Positions 19,020 to 29,068 of a stretch of 64,000 bases of DNA are shown piece after piece (positions within the stretch are counted from its first letter, which is position 1; every line of letters begins with the position of its first letter). The position numbers and the translations under genes are program-made. The notes under the pieces are model-generated. The model was not told the origin of the DNA. It saw only the letters and a program-made list of their open reading frames with translations, and ran no database searches. The DNA is from an uncultured Gemmatimonadaceae bacterium (lineage in GTDB: Bacteria; Gemmatimonadota; Gemmatimonadetes; Gemmatimonadales; Gemmatimonadaceae): the NCBI GenBank assembly GCA_963817955.1, contig CAWFQK010000004.1, forward strand, positions 960,001 through 1,024,000, written 5' to 3'.

Positions 19020-19832
19020 ATGCCTCGCTCGATCTTCCAGCGCACCGCGCTGCCCCTACTGCTCATCGGCCTGTCGGCTCTCCCCGCGCTGGCACAAAGC
19101 GACCGCGCAACGCGTTTCATGGACGATTGTCGCCGCAACCGCAGCGACGACAAACAGTTCTGCGAAACGCGCGAAGTCACCCTCCGCGCGAACAAAGCCC
19201 TGACCGTCGACGGCCGGGACAACGGCGGGATCAGCGTGCATGCCTGGGATAAGGCCGAGATTCGCGTTGTGGCTTTGATCCAAGCCCGCGCCGAAAGCGA
19301 GTCCGCGGCTCGCGAGATCGCGAAGCAGATCACGATCACGTCGAGCGGCGCCGACGTTCATGCATCTGGTCCGCGCCAACAACGGCACGAATCCTGGTCG
19401 GTCAGCTACGAGATCTCTGCCCCGGCGACCACCGAGCTGACGCTGGATGCCCGCAACGGCGGCATTGCGGTTGAGGGCATGAACTCGCGCATGCGACTCG
19501 GGACGATGAACGGCGGCCTCCACCTCACGAACGTGGACGGAGACGTGCGCGGAACGACGGTGAACGGGGGCATTGTCGCCGAGCTCTCAGGGAATGTCTG
19601 GCGCGGCACTGGACTGGATCTGACCACTGTGAACGGCGGCGTGCACCTCTCCATTCCAGCCAACTACTCGGCGCAGCTCGAGACCGGTACGGTCAACGGC
19701 GGGATGGACATCGGATTCCCGGTCACGGTTCAAGGGCAGTTGCATCGCCAACTGACCACGCAACTCGGTTCCGGTGGCCCCACGATTCGCGCGGTCACAA
19801 CGAACGGCGGCGTGTCCATCCGCCGTCGGTAG
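19020..19832 (+). CDS. Secreted DUF4097/adhesin-like beta-strand repeat protein
   Basis: Signal peptide and repeated T(V/M/T)NGG(I/V) units. Confidence 0.8.
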   Translation: MPRSIFQRTALPLLLIGLSALPALAQSDRATRFMDDCRRNRSDDKQFCETREVTLRANKALTVDGRDNGGISVHAWDKAEIRVVALIQARAESESAAREIAKQITITSSGADVHASGPRQQRHESWSVSYEISAPATTELTLDARNGGIAVEGMNSRMRLGTMNGGLHLTNVDGDVRGTTVNGGIVAELSGNVWRGTGLDLTTVNGGVHLSIPANYSAQLETGTVNGGMDIGFPVTVQGQLHRQLTTQLGSGGPTIRAVTTNGGVSIRRR

Positions 19833-19988
19833 CCGACCAGCGGCACGGCGCGCCCCGGATTGGGGCGCGCTTTGAATGTCGTGATACGGGAGTCTGCTGT
19901 CGCGGGAAATATCCCATCGCCGCCGACCCACAGAACTGTTAGAATGATGTGCTGGCGACCCTGCCGGCGCCCCCCAATCAGGCACGCA

Positions 19989-20822
19989 GTGACCGCATTC
20001 CCTCTGTCCTCTCCGCCCGAGTTCGAGGATCGCGCCGCCCGTGAGCCTGGCTCGCGCGCTGCCGGCCGGCTGCCGATCACGGTGGTCATCCCAGCTCTGA
20101 ATGAGGCGGGTCAGATCGCTGAGGGTATCGCCGACCTATCATGGGCCGACGAGATCATCGTGGTGGACGGAGGGTCGGCGGACGGCACGGCGTCCATAGC
20201 CAATGCCGCGGGCGCGACCGTGATGACCCTGACGGGCCAGACGATTGCGGCGCAGCGCAACGCCGGTATTGGCGCTGCGCGCAACGAATGGGTGCTCGCG
20301 CTCGATGCCGACGAACGCGTGAGCGAGCAGTTGCGTGCCGAACTCGGACAGGTGGTAGCCAGCCGCGTCGCCACCCACGCGGCGTACCGGATGAAATTCC
20401 GGAACCATTACCTGGGTCGCGAGCTTCGACACGGACCCTGGGGACGCGACTGGCACGTCCGCTTGTTCACCCGCGATCGCCGGTATGTCTGCAGTCGCGT
20501 GCACGAGCACCTCGAACCAATCGACGACGTCGGCACGCTGAGTGGAGTCGTCATCCACTACCCCTACCGCGATCTGGCCCATCACGTCACGAAGATCGTG
20601 ACATATGCCCGTTGGGGCGCGGATGATCTGTACGCGCGCGGCCGGCACGCCGGCCTCTTGGAGCTGACGGCGCGTCCGGCCTGGCGATTCACACGCGACT
20701 ATGTGGTGTTCTCGGGTTGGCGCGACGGACTCGTTGGGTTCGTGGCCGCGACCTTGAGCGCGTTCTCGGCTTTCCTCAAGTACGCATTTCTGTTCGCCAG
20801 GAGCCAGTCGTCGCGGACATGA
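19989..20822 (+). CDS. GT2 glycosyltransferase (WaaE/KdtX-like)
   Basis: Motifs VVIPALNE, VVDGGSADGT, QRN, LDADE and VHE. Start approximate. Confidence 0.88.
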   Translation: MTAFPLSSPPEFEDRAAREPGSRAAGRLPITVVIPALNEAGQIAEGIADLSWADEIIVVDGGSADGTASIANAAGATVMTLTGQTIAAQRNAGIGAARNEWVLALDADERVSEQLRAELGQVVASRVATHAAYRMKFRNHYLGRELRHGPWGRDWHVRLFTRDRRYVCSRVHEHLEPIDDVGTLSGVVIHYPYRDLAHHVTKIVTYARWGADDLYARGRHAGLLELTARPAWRFTRDYVVFSGWRDGLVGFVAATLSAFSAFLKYAFLFARSQSSRT

Positions 20823-21538
20823 AGCTCACGATCCTCATGTACCACAAGGTCGATGAGCTCGGTGCAGGCGTTCGCTATCCGGGCAATTACGTCACTCCCG
20901 GCAATTTCGAGCGTCAACTGGACGCGCTCGTGTCGTGGGGGTACCACACGATCACTTTCGCGCAGTGGCTCGACTACCGAGCCAGACGTCTGTCGTCACT
21001 GCCAGACAAGCCACTGATCGTCACGTTCGACGACGGCTACACCTGCTTCGAACGCAACGCCTGGCCGGCCCTGCGCGCCCGGGGCCTGGACGCAACGGTG
21101 TTTCTCGTGGCCGGCCAGATCGGCGGCACGAACGCATGGGACATCGACGAGCGTCAAGAACGTTTGCTCGACGCCGACCGCATTCGGGCGCTGCAAGACG
21201 AGGGCGTGCATTTCGGGTCGCACAGCGTCACGCACCCCGCGTTGGCGAAGATCGACCCCGCAGGCGCGCTCGACGAGTTGACACGATCCCGCCTCGCACT
21301 CGCCGCGCTGCTTGGTCGCGAGGTGGACGTGATCGCCTATCCGTTCAGCAACCAGAGCCGCGCCGTTCGAGACCTGGCGCGCCGCGCTGGGTACGTCGCC
21401 GGCGTGCGTGGCAAGGGACGCATGAACTCGCGCCTCGTTGATCCGCTCGGCCTGCGGCGCATCAAGGTGGAGCATGAGTGGACGGTTGCGGATTTGCGGC
21501 ACACGTTGCTGAAAGAACGGTACTTGCGAGTTTGGTGA
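20819..21538 (+). CDS. Polysaccharide deacetylase (CE4/NodB)
   Basis: Motifs ILMYHKV, TFDDGY, GSHSVTH and AYP. ATGA overlap with the GT2 gene. Confidence 0.9.
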   Translation: MKLTILMYHKVDELGAGVRYPGNYVTPGNFERQLDALVSWGYHTITFAQWLDYRARRLSSLPDKPLIVTFDDGYTCFERNAWPALRARGLDATVFLVAGQIGGTNAWDIDERQERLLDADRIRALQDEGVHFGSHSVTHPALAKIDPAGALDELTRSRLALAALLGREVDVIAYPFSNQSRAVRDLARRAGYVAGVRGKGRMNSRLVDPLGLRRIKVEHEWTVADLRHTLLKERYLRVW

Positions 21539-21576
21539 TTGGACAGAAGACGTGCGACGTTGGACGCGAGATAAAG

Positions 21577-21615
21577 AGAATTGGCCGGAGCGACGCAGTC
21601 GCTCCGGCCAATTCT
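21577..21615. terminator. Perfect 18-bp hairpin between convergent genes (probable bidirectional terminator or REP-like element)
   Basis: AGAATTGGCCGGAGCGAC-gca-GTCGCTCCGGCCAATTCT. Confidence 0.7.
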
Positions 21616-21653
21616 TACATCTCTCATGTCCTACGTCTCCCGTCTGACGTCTC

Positions 21654-24600
21654 TTACTTCTCCGCCCCGAGTACCTGATTCACTCGCGCCTCGAGCGCGT
21701 CGAGCTCCTTCCGCAATGTCTGATGCCGGGCGATTGCGTCGCGGCCAATGCGCTGATCAGCACGCGTCGTCATCCCCGAGAGATACGTGATCTGCGTCTG
21801 CAGACCCGGCTGTCCGTAGCGGATTCCTTCGCCGGCACCGAACAGCGTCGTGGAGATCGCCCGCACAGCCGTCGCCTGCGCGTCATTCGAGCTCTGCAGT
21901 TTGGTACGAGATTGCCGCACGCGGGTGGCGACGCGGCCCACCTCGGCAACCATGTCACGCATGCGGACGTTGTGATCGTATTGCTCACGCAGGTCCGCTG
22001 CCGTGACATGGTCCGGCGCCAGCCGCGGATCGATGCGGAGCGTGAGTGGCTGTGTACCGCTCCAGGTGCCGGCAGTCATCTTCACACGGTACGTGCCGGG
22101 CGGCAACATCAGGCCACCGGCATCGTTGAAATCCCACGTCAGCCGGTTCATGCCTGGGGTGCTCGCCAACCGCACGCGGGGCGCAGCGCGACGGAACACT
22201 GGCGCCTCGTCATCCGCGTTCGCGGCCGGAGCATCAGCGGCCCCTGCGACCGTCGGAGCCGCCTCACTCGAATAGCTGCGCACCGTCTTACCCGCAGCGT
22301 CCAGAATGTCGATCGTCACCGGCCCGCTCGCTCCGCGGCCCAGGTAGTAGTTGATCGTCGCGCCGTACTGCGGAAACTGCGCTTGACCAGCGGTCGCCGC
22401 ACCACCGCCACCGCCAGCCCCACCCCGCCCGCCGCCGAGCCGCGCACGGATCGCTTCCCGCGGCTTGAACAACACCGCGGCACTGGACGCCGTCTGCGCC
22501 CCGATCTGCTGGAGCGGCGTGATATCATCGATGATCCACATCGAGCGGCCCTGCGTCGAGACGATGAGGTCGTTGTGGTACACCTTGATGTCGGTAATCG
22601 GTACGTTCGGCAGATTCAGATCGAACGGCTGCCAGTGCGTACCGTTGTCGAATGATACGAACATTCCGAATTCCGTACCGGCGTAGAGGAGCCCTTCGCG
22701 CGTTGGATCCTCGCGCACCACCCGCGTCGGCCAGTCGGCGGGAATGCCATTCTTTCCTGAGGTCAGCCGCGTCCAGCTCTCGCCATAATTATCGGTTTTG
22801 TAGATATAAGGCTCATAATCCCCGAGCAGATACCGGTAGACCGCGTAGTACGCCGATCCCTTGCGGTGCGGCGACGTCTCGATGTATTGCACGCGGCCGC
22901 CGCTCGGCAGCTCCTTGGGGGTGATGTTCTTCCAGGTCTTGCCGTTGTCACGCGTGATGAAGAACGGACCGTCGTTCGAGCCCGTCCAGATGACGCCCGG
23001 CTCGAGCTTCGATTCGCTGATCGCGTAGAGCGTGCTGTAGAACTCCTCGCCGGTGACGTCACGCGTGATCGGCTCTCCGCTGCCGCCCTGGCAGCAGGCA
23101 GGATGCGCGGTGAGATCGGGGGAGATCTTCTCCCACGTCACGCCGCCGTCGCGCGAGCGGTGCAAGAACTGGGAGCCGTAGTACACCACGCTCGTGTCAT
23201 GCTGCGAGACTTCCATCGGTGACACGCGCTGGAAGCGGAAGATCAGATCCTTAGCGTCGTTGCCGTAGAGCGACTGCGCACCCACCCAATAGTTCTGCTC
23301 CTGGCGCGTGTTCATGAACATGCGGCTGAACTGTCCTTTACACGCGCCGTACACCACGCGTGAGTCCTTCGGATGCGGAATGATCGGGCCGGTTTCGCAA
23401 CCCGGTCCGGTCTCGAACGCTTCGGTGCTTCCCGGCACCGGCATGCTCGGCACGATCACCGTGCTCGCGTCCTGCTGCGCGCCATACAGGCGATACGGGA
23501 ACTGCTCGTCGGGCCATACGCCATAGATCTCGGCGGTCGGCTGGTTCATCTGCGTCGACCAGGTGCGACCACCGTCCTGCGAGACGTTGGCGCCCCCGTC
23601 GTTCGACTGGATCATGATCTTGCCGTCCTTCGGATTGATCCAGATGTCGTGATTGTCGCCATGCGGCGTACGCATCGTAGTCCAGTTCGCACCGCCGTCC
23701 GTCGATTTGAAGAAGTTCTCCGCGCCCGCATACACGACATCGGCGTTCGTTGGATCGACGCCGAGGGCGACGTAGTAGAACGGACGTGCGATCAACTGCG
23801 GATTACTGCTGACCTGTTTCCACGACTGCCCCTGATCTTCCGACCGATAGAGGCCACCGCCCGGCTTCGCCTCCACGAGCGCATACACGCGATTCGGGTT
23901 CGCCGCGGACACGGCGATGTTCGCCTTGCCCACCAACTCCGTGGGCAGACCATTCGTGATCTTGGTAAAGTGTTCGCCGCCGTCGGTGCTCTTGTAAAAT
24001 CCGACGCCACTCCGGTCCGGCGCGCCGCTGATGATCGTCCACGGTCTCCGCTCACCGCGCCACATCCACGCATATACGACATTGGGATCCGTCGGGTTCA
24101 GCTCAACGTCCGCCGCACCGATGCTATCCGATACGAACAGCACCTTGTGCCAACTCTTGCCGCCGTCGATGGTCTTGTAAACACCGCGCTCGGCGTTCGG
24201 CTTGAACGCGTCGCCGATTGCCGCTACCCAGGCGACGTTCGGATTCGTGGGGTGAATACGCAACGCCCCGATCTGACCAGCGTCGTACAACCCGGCAAAG
24301 CTCCACGTCTTCCCAGCGTCGGTGGACTTATAGATACCGCGGCCGGTCGACACGTTGCTTCGAATGTCGTCCGAGCCGGTGCCCAGATAAATGGTATTCG
24401 GATCGGACTCGGAAACGGCCACCGAACCCGTGGACCCGAGCGGCACCTTCCCATCGGTGAGGGGCAACCAGGAAGCGCCTGCATCCGTCGTCCGGAACAG
24501 CCCGCCACTGGCCACGCCCATGTAGAACGTACGGGGTTGAGACGGAACGCCCGTCACGGTGGTGACACGTCCGCCGCGCGGCGGACCGACCACGCGAAAT

Positions 24601-24722
24601 CGGAGACCGTGCAACAGCATCGTGTCGACAGCGGATAGAGCAACCGGCCGCGCTTGGGCCTGCAGCGCGCCGGCGACGCCGAGCATCACGGCGATTATTC
24701 CGGCAGAAGAGCGAACACGCAT
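21654..24722 (-). CDS. Secreted VPS10/sortilin-like BNR (Asp-box) repeat glycosyl-hydrolase-like protein
   Basis: Signal peptide, FRVVGPPRGGRV and many S/T-x-D-x-G-x-(T/S)-W Asp boxes. Confidence 0.88.
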   Translation of the reverse strand: MRVRSSAGIIAVMLGVAGALQAQARPVALSAVDTMLLHGLRFRVVGPPRGGRVTTVTGVPSQPRTFYMGVASGGLFRTTDAGASWLPLTDGKVPLGSTGSVAVSESDPNTIYLGTGSDDIRSNVSTGRGIYKSTDAGKTWSFAGLYDAGQIGALRIHPTNPNVAWVAAIGDAFKPNAERGVYKTIDGGKSWHKVLFVSDSIGAADVELNPTDPNVVYAWMWRGERRPWTIISGAPDRSGVGFYKSTDGGEHFTKITNGLPTELVGKANIAVSAANPNRVYALVEAKPGGGLYRSEDQGQSWKQVSSNPQLIARPFYYVALGVDPTNADVVYAGAENFFKSTDGGANWTTMRTPHGDNHDIWINPKDGKIMIQSNDGGANVSQDGGRTWSTQMNQPTAEIYGVWPDEQFPYRLYGAQQDASTVIVPSMPVPGSTEAFETGPGCETGPIIPHPKDSRVVYGACKGQFSRMFMNTRQEQNYWVGAQSLYGNDAKDLIFRFQRVSPMEVSQHDTSVVYYGSQFLHRSRDGGVTWEKISPDLTAHPACCQGGSGEPITRDVTGEEFYSTLYAISESKLEPGVIWTGSNDGPFFITRDNGKTWKNITPKELPSGGRVQYIETSPHRKGSAYYAVYRYLLGDYEPYIYKTDNYGESWTRLTSGKNGIPADWPTRVVREDPTREGLLYAGTEFGMFVSFDNGTHWQPFDLNLPNVPITDIKVYHNDLIVSTQGRSMWIIDDITPLQQIGAQTASSAAVLFKPREAIRARLGGGRGGAGGGGGAATAGQAQFPQYGATINYYLGRGASGPVTIDILDAAGKTVRSYSSEAAPTVAGAADAPAANADDEAPVFRRAAPRVRLASTPGMNRLTWDFNDAGGLMLPPGTYRVKMTAGTWSGTQPLTLRIDPRLAPDHVTAADLREQYDHNVRMRDMVAEVGRVATRVRQSRTKLQSSNDAQATAVRAISTTLFGAGEGIRYGQPGLQTQITYLSGMTTRADQRIGRDAIARHQTLRKELDALEARVNQVLGAEK

Positions 24723-24893
24723 GAATCGACCTCGAACAGAGGGGAATGCGACGGAACGCGTCGCGAAATCGAGCTTCACAAAACTGCGGACCGGGTAGTC
24801 GGTATCGCTAGAGGCTGTGGCGTACGAAAGCACGTCTTCCGGCAGGTCTGCACGGTCGGTAACGTCTACGCAGTCCCAACTGCAAACAGGCTA

Positions 24894-27197
24894 ATGACCA
24901 TTCGCTCGCCCATCACACGCGCCGCCGCCCTGTGCGCCGTCGTCCTGCTCCCGCTGACCGCACAGGCGCAGCGCACCGTTCCCACGCCGTCTTCCATCCT
25001 CGGATTCGAGCCGGGCGCCGACCGCCATCTGCCGAGTTGGAAGCAGATCGTCGACTATTTCACAGCCCTCGACAAGGCAAGCCCGCGCGTAAGCGTGCGA
25101 ACGCTCGGCAAGACTACGCTCGGGCGGCCGTTCATCGTCGCGTTCATCTCCGACTCCGCGACGCTGGCCAATCTCGACCACTACCGGCAGATCCAGCGGA
25201 AGCTCATGGATCCGCGCCTGCAGGCACCTGGCGAACGGCGGCGACTGATCGACGAGGGGAAGAACATCATTCTCGTCACGTCGGCCATCCACTCGAATGA
25301 ATCGGGCGGATTTACCACGCCCATCGTTCTCGCCGATCGTCTGGCACGAGCCCAGGACCCAGAGGCGCGCGAGATTCTCGCCAACACCATCATCATGCTG
25401 GTGCCGTCGCAGAACCCCGACGGCGTCGACATCGTCGGCGACTACTACCGCTCCACGCTCGGCACGCCGAACGAGGGCCGCGATCCGCCAGAGCTGTATC
25501 ACAAGTACGTGGGACATGACGATAATCGCGACTGGTACGCATTCACGCAGCCGGAAACGCGCTACACCGTAGACTCGCTATACACGCCTTGGGACCCGCA
25601 GATCGTCAACGACATCCACCAGCAGGGGTCGAACGCCGGACGCATATTCATTCCACCGTATATGGATCCAGTCGAGCCGAACATCGACCCGATCCTCACC
25701 GCGGCGACGAACGGGCTTGGCATGGCGATGGTCTGGCGCATGACCAACCAGGGCTTCACCGGCATTGCCAGCAACGCGGCGTACGACCAGTGGTCGCCCG
25801 CGCGGCAATACTCCCTCTACCATCGCGGCGCGCGCCTGCTCACCGAAACCGCGAGCGCCCGACTGGCAACGGCGATCGATATTCCATTCGATCAACTCGG
25901 CACCGGCCGCGGCTACGACGCGAAGATCGTTTCGTGGAATTTTCCGTCACTCTGGACGGGTGGACACTGGTCGTACGGCGACATCGTCCGATACCAGACC
26001 GCGGCGAGTTGGGCGCTCTTTCTCGACGCCGCGCTCGACCGCCGTGCGTGGCTCGAGGGATACGCCAAGCAAGGCGATCGCGCGCTCGGCGCCCTACCCG
26101 CATGGGGACGCGATCCCTGGCCGTCGGCCATCGTGATTCCAAAGACGCAGCCTGACTCGCAAGCCACTCGACGTCTCCTCTGGACATTGCAGCACGGACA
26201 AGTCGAGATCCGCGAGTCGACCGCTCCAGTCACCGTCGACGCCAAGACGTATCCGACAGGCAGCTACGTCGTACTCACGAAACAGCCATTCGGCAGCTAT
26301 GCCAAGACGCTGCTCGAACGACAGCAGTATCCGGATCTGTTCGACTATCCGGGTGGGCCGCCCAAACGTCCGTACGACGTGACCGCCCACACGCTCCCGC
26401 TGTTGTTCGGCGTCGACGTCGCCCACGTGATGGGTGCGGCACCGACCGCGGGCGCACCGATCAAGCCGCTCGGCGAGTTGACCTATCCGTCGCCGTTCGG
26501 CGGCAAATCGAAACGCATTGCTGTCTACCGTCCGAGCGCCACCGAGCCAATCGACGAAGGCTGGACGCGGTGGCTGCTGGACCTGTACCACGTCCCATTC
26601 GCCGTCATCACGGAGAAAGACGTCGCGGCCGGATCGCTCAACGATCGTTTCGACGCCATCGTGCTTTCTGATGGCGTCATCAGCGCGGGTGGCGGGCGCG
26701 GCGGGCGCGGCGGCGTTCCGGCAACGGACGTGTTTCCGGCGCTCGATGCGTTCGCGTCGAACGGCGGGACCATTCTCGCATTCAACGGCACCTCAGCCGC
26801 GATCGCTACCGGACTCAAGCTGCCGGTCAAGAACGTCCTCGCCGGCATTCGCAACACTGATTTCTATGCACCAGGATCGATCCTCGGGATCAACTTGAAA
26901 CGCGATCACCCTCTGACGCGTGGTATGACCGCGACCATTCCGGCAGTCTGGTTCGAGAATGGGCCGGCATTCGACATCACCGATTCCACCCAGGCGACCG
27001 CCGTCGCCAGCTACCAAGCGACCGGCAATCCGCTGTTGTCGGGTTGGCTGCTTGGCGGATCCAAGCTCAACGGCAAAGCGGCGCTCGTGGACGTAAAGCG
27101 AGGCCGAGGGCATGTGGTGTTGTACGGATTCCGGCCTCAGTACCGCGGACAATCGGTGGCGACGTATCCCCTTATTTGGGCAGCGCTGAATCGCTAG
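24894..27197 (+). CDS. Secreted M14 zinc carboxypeptidase-family protein with C-terminal GATase-like domain
   Basis: Motifs IHSNE, NPDG, HDDNRDW, DIHQQG and DEGWTRW. Confidence 0.88.
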   Translation: MTIRSPITRAAALCAVVLLPLTAQAQRTVPTPSSILGFEPGADRHLPSWKQIVDYFTALDKASPRVSVRTLGKTTLGRPFIVAFISDSATLANLDHYRQIQRKLMDPRLQAPGERRRLIDEGKNIILVTSAIHSNESGGFTTPIVLADRLARAQDPEAREILANTIIMLVPSQNPDGVDIVGDYYRSTLGTPNEGRDPPELYHKYVGHDDNRDWYAFTQPETRYTVDSLYTPWDPQIVNDIHQQGSNAGRIFIPPYMDPVEPNIDPILTAATNGLGMAMVWRMTNQGFTGIASNAAYDQWSPARQYSLYHRGARLLTETASARLATAIDIPFDQLGTGRGYDAKIVSWNFPSLWTGGHWSYGDIVRYQTAASWALFLDAALDRRAWLEGYAKQGDRALGALPAWGRDPWPSAIVIPKTQPDSQATRRLLWTLQHGQVEIRESTAPVTVDAKTYPTGSYVVLTKQPFGSYAKTLLERQQYPDLFDYPGGPPKRPYDVTAHTLPLLFGVDVAHVMGAAPTAGAPIKPLGELTYPSPFGGKSKRIAVYRPSATEPIDEGWTRWLLDLYHVPFAVITEKDVAAGSLNDRFDAIVLSDGVISAGGGRGGRGGVPATDVFPALDAFASNGGTILAFNGTSAAIATGLKLPVKNVLAGIRNTDFYAPGSILGINLKRDHPLTRGMTATIPAVWFENGPAFDITDSTQATAVASYQATGNPLLSGWLLGGSKLNGKAALVDVKRGRGHVVLYGFRPQYRGQSVATYPLIWAALNR

Positions 27198-27320
27198 CGG
27201 CTGGCCGGCTCGGCTATTCCAGTAACCGGGCCGGCCCGCGTTGCCTGTTCCCCTCCTGATTCGTCTGAACCTCGTACAGTCCCGAGGGTAGCATTTCAAG
27301 CTACCCTCCTCGGACGTCCG

Positions 27321-27340
27321 CCCTCCCTCCCTCCCTCCCT
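27321..27340. repeat. (CCCT)5 simple sequence repeat just upstream of the matrixin gene
   Basis: ccctccctccctccctccct, ending 8 nt before the ATG at 27349. Confidence 0.9.
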
Positions 27341-27348
27341 GTAGTACC

Positions 27349-28050
27349 ATGCTGGATCGTCGCCCTTTCCCCTCCCTGGGGCGCGTGCTTGCCGCCGGAC
27401 TCGCGGGCCTGGCCCTGATGGGCCTCATGAATTGTGCGCCCTTCCGTCCATCCACACGCGACGGCATCCTGAGTGCGGCTTTCGCCCCTCGCGCTCTCCT
27501 CGAAGACGTCCTCTCCGCAGCCCCGGGCACGTACATCGACCGCATTCTGGTCGATCGCGATTCGACCATCGAGCGATGGAGCGATCACGTGCGCCGGCCA
27601 TTGCACATTTGGATCGACTCGTCGTCTGCGATGACGGGGGTGCAGTCGCATTTCCCAGCCGTCGTGCGGGCGGCGTTCAGCGCGTGGGCCGAGACAGGCA
27701 TCCCGGTCCGCTTCCTCTACGTTGGTTCAGCGCGCGACGCCGACGTTCGCATTCGCTGGACGGATCATCTCGACCACAAGACAGGGTCTACCACGTGGCG
27801 TACCGACAGGGGAGGATGGCTGCTGAACAGCGACATCACCCTGGCCACGCATCTCAGCGATGGTCATCCGCTCGATGCGCGGGGCATGCGGGCGATCGCT
27901 CTACACGAAGTGGGGCATGCGCTGGGACTCAGCCACAGTACCGATGCGAACGACATCATGGCGCCCCTGGTGCGGGTGGATAGCCTTAGCGTGCCCGACC
28001 GTAGCACGATCAAACTGCTATACTCCCTCCCCGCGGGACATATCCGCTGA
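27349..28050 (+). CDS. Matrixin (M10)-family metalloprotease, probable lipoprotein
   Basis: Zinc motif HEVGHALGLSH, Met-turn DIMAP, and an N-terminal hydrophobic stretch followed by Cys. Confidence 0.88.
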   Translation: MLDRRPFPSLGRVLAAGLAGLALMGLMNCAPFRPSTRDGILSAAFAPRALLEDVLSAAPGTYIDRILVDRDSTIERWSDHVRRPLHIWIDSSSAMTGVQSHFPAVVRAAFSAWAETGIPVRFLYVGSARDADVRIRWTDHLDHKTGSTTWRTDRGGWLLNSDITLATHLSDGHPLDARGMRAIALHEVGHALGLSHSTDANDIMAPLVRVDSLSVPDRSTIKLLYSLPAGHIR

Positions 28051-28081
28051 ATGGCTCCTTTTTCCTAGATCTGAACGACCT

Positions 28082-29020
28082 ATGCGCCTCCCACGCCTTC
28101 GCTATTTCCTTCCGGCCGTCATACTTCTCGCCGCCTGCGACACGAAGGCCAAGGAACAGCTTCGGTCGCTCGCGCATGCCGACTCGCTGAGGACGGACTC
28201 GCTCGTATCGATCAAGAACGATCTACTGGGCGAGGTGATGACGTCCACGCAGTTTGTGAACGACCTCAACAGCGAGATGGTCAAGTTGAAGTCACATCAG
28301 CCGGTCAAGCTGACGACCAAACTATCGGCCGAATCGGACATCAACGCGATCAAGGAGGAGCGCGCGTCGGTCGTCGCTCACATCCGTGAGCTCGTAGCAC
28401 GCCTCGACTCGAGTGAGTCGCGGGTCGCGTCGCTCAGGGTTCGCGCGAAGAGCCTCTCGAAGCACGATTCCGCGCTCGTCGCGCAGGTCGCCGCTTATGA
28501 AAAGACGATCGCCGACATCCGCCAGACCGTGGAGCAACAGAAAGCGGAGTACGAAGCGACGATCGCCAAGCAGAACAGCCAGATTGCCGCATTGAATTTC
28601 AAAGTTGACACGGTCACGAAGGAGAACGTGAAATTGGCCGGCGAAAAGTCGGCGCTCAATGTCACGGTGGGCCAGCTCACGACCGAGAAGAATGCGGCGT
28701 ATTACGTGATCGGCACGAAGGACGAACTCGTGAAGCAGGGCGTGCTGGTGGAGGAAGGGCACAAGCGATTCTTGCTGCTCGGCGGCCGGGCAGTGTCTGC
28801 GGCGCGTGACCTGGACCCGAGCAAGTTCACCAGAATCGACCGGCTCCGCGATCGTACGATCACCTTCCCCGCCGGTGAATACACGATCTTCACGCGGCAG
28901 AACCCGGCGTACGCGTCGCCGTTCGCCGCCAAGGACGGGCAGATCTCCGGCGGCATCCGTGTCGAGCAGCCCGAGCGCTTCTGGGAGCCGTCGAAATTCC
29001 TCATCATCGTGAAATCCTGA
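28082..29020 (+). CDS. Coiled-coil lipoprotein (resembles Cbp1-type adhesin-like proteins)
   Basis: Lipobox LAAC, long heptad coiled coil, and a C-terminal domain AYYVIGTKDEL...FTRID...FWEPSKFLII. Confidence 0.65.
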   Translation: MRLPRLRYFLPAVILLAACDTKAKEQLRSLAHADSLRTDSLVSIKNDLLGEVMTSTQFVNDLNSEMVKLKSHQPVKLTTKLSAESDINAIKEERASVVAHIRELVARLDSSESRVASLRVRAKSLSKHDSALVAQVAAYEKTIADIRQTVEQQKAEYEATIAKQNSQIAALNFKVDTVTKENVKLAGEKSALNVTVGQLTTEKNAAYYVIGTKDELVKQGVLVEEGHKRFLLLGGRAVSAARDLDPSKFTRIDRLRDRTITFPAGEYTIFTRQNPAYASPFAAKDGQISGGIRVEQPERFWEPSKFLIIVKS

Positions 29021-29068
29021 GCCTCTCAGCACAACGCAGGACCGAAGACGCGGTGCTACGAGGCCACC

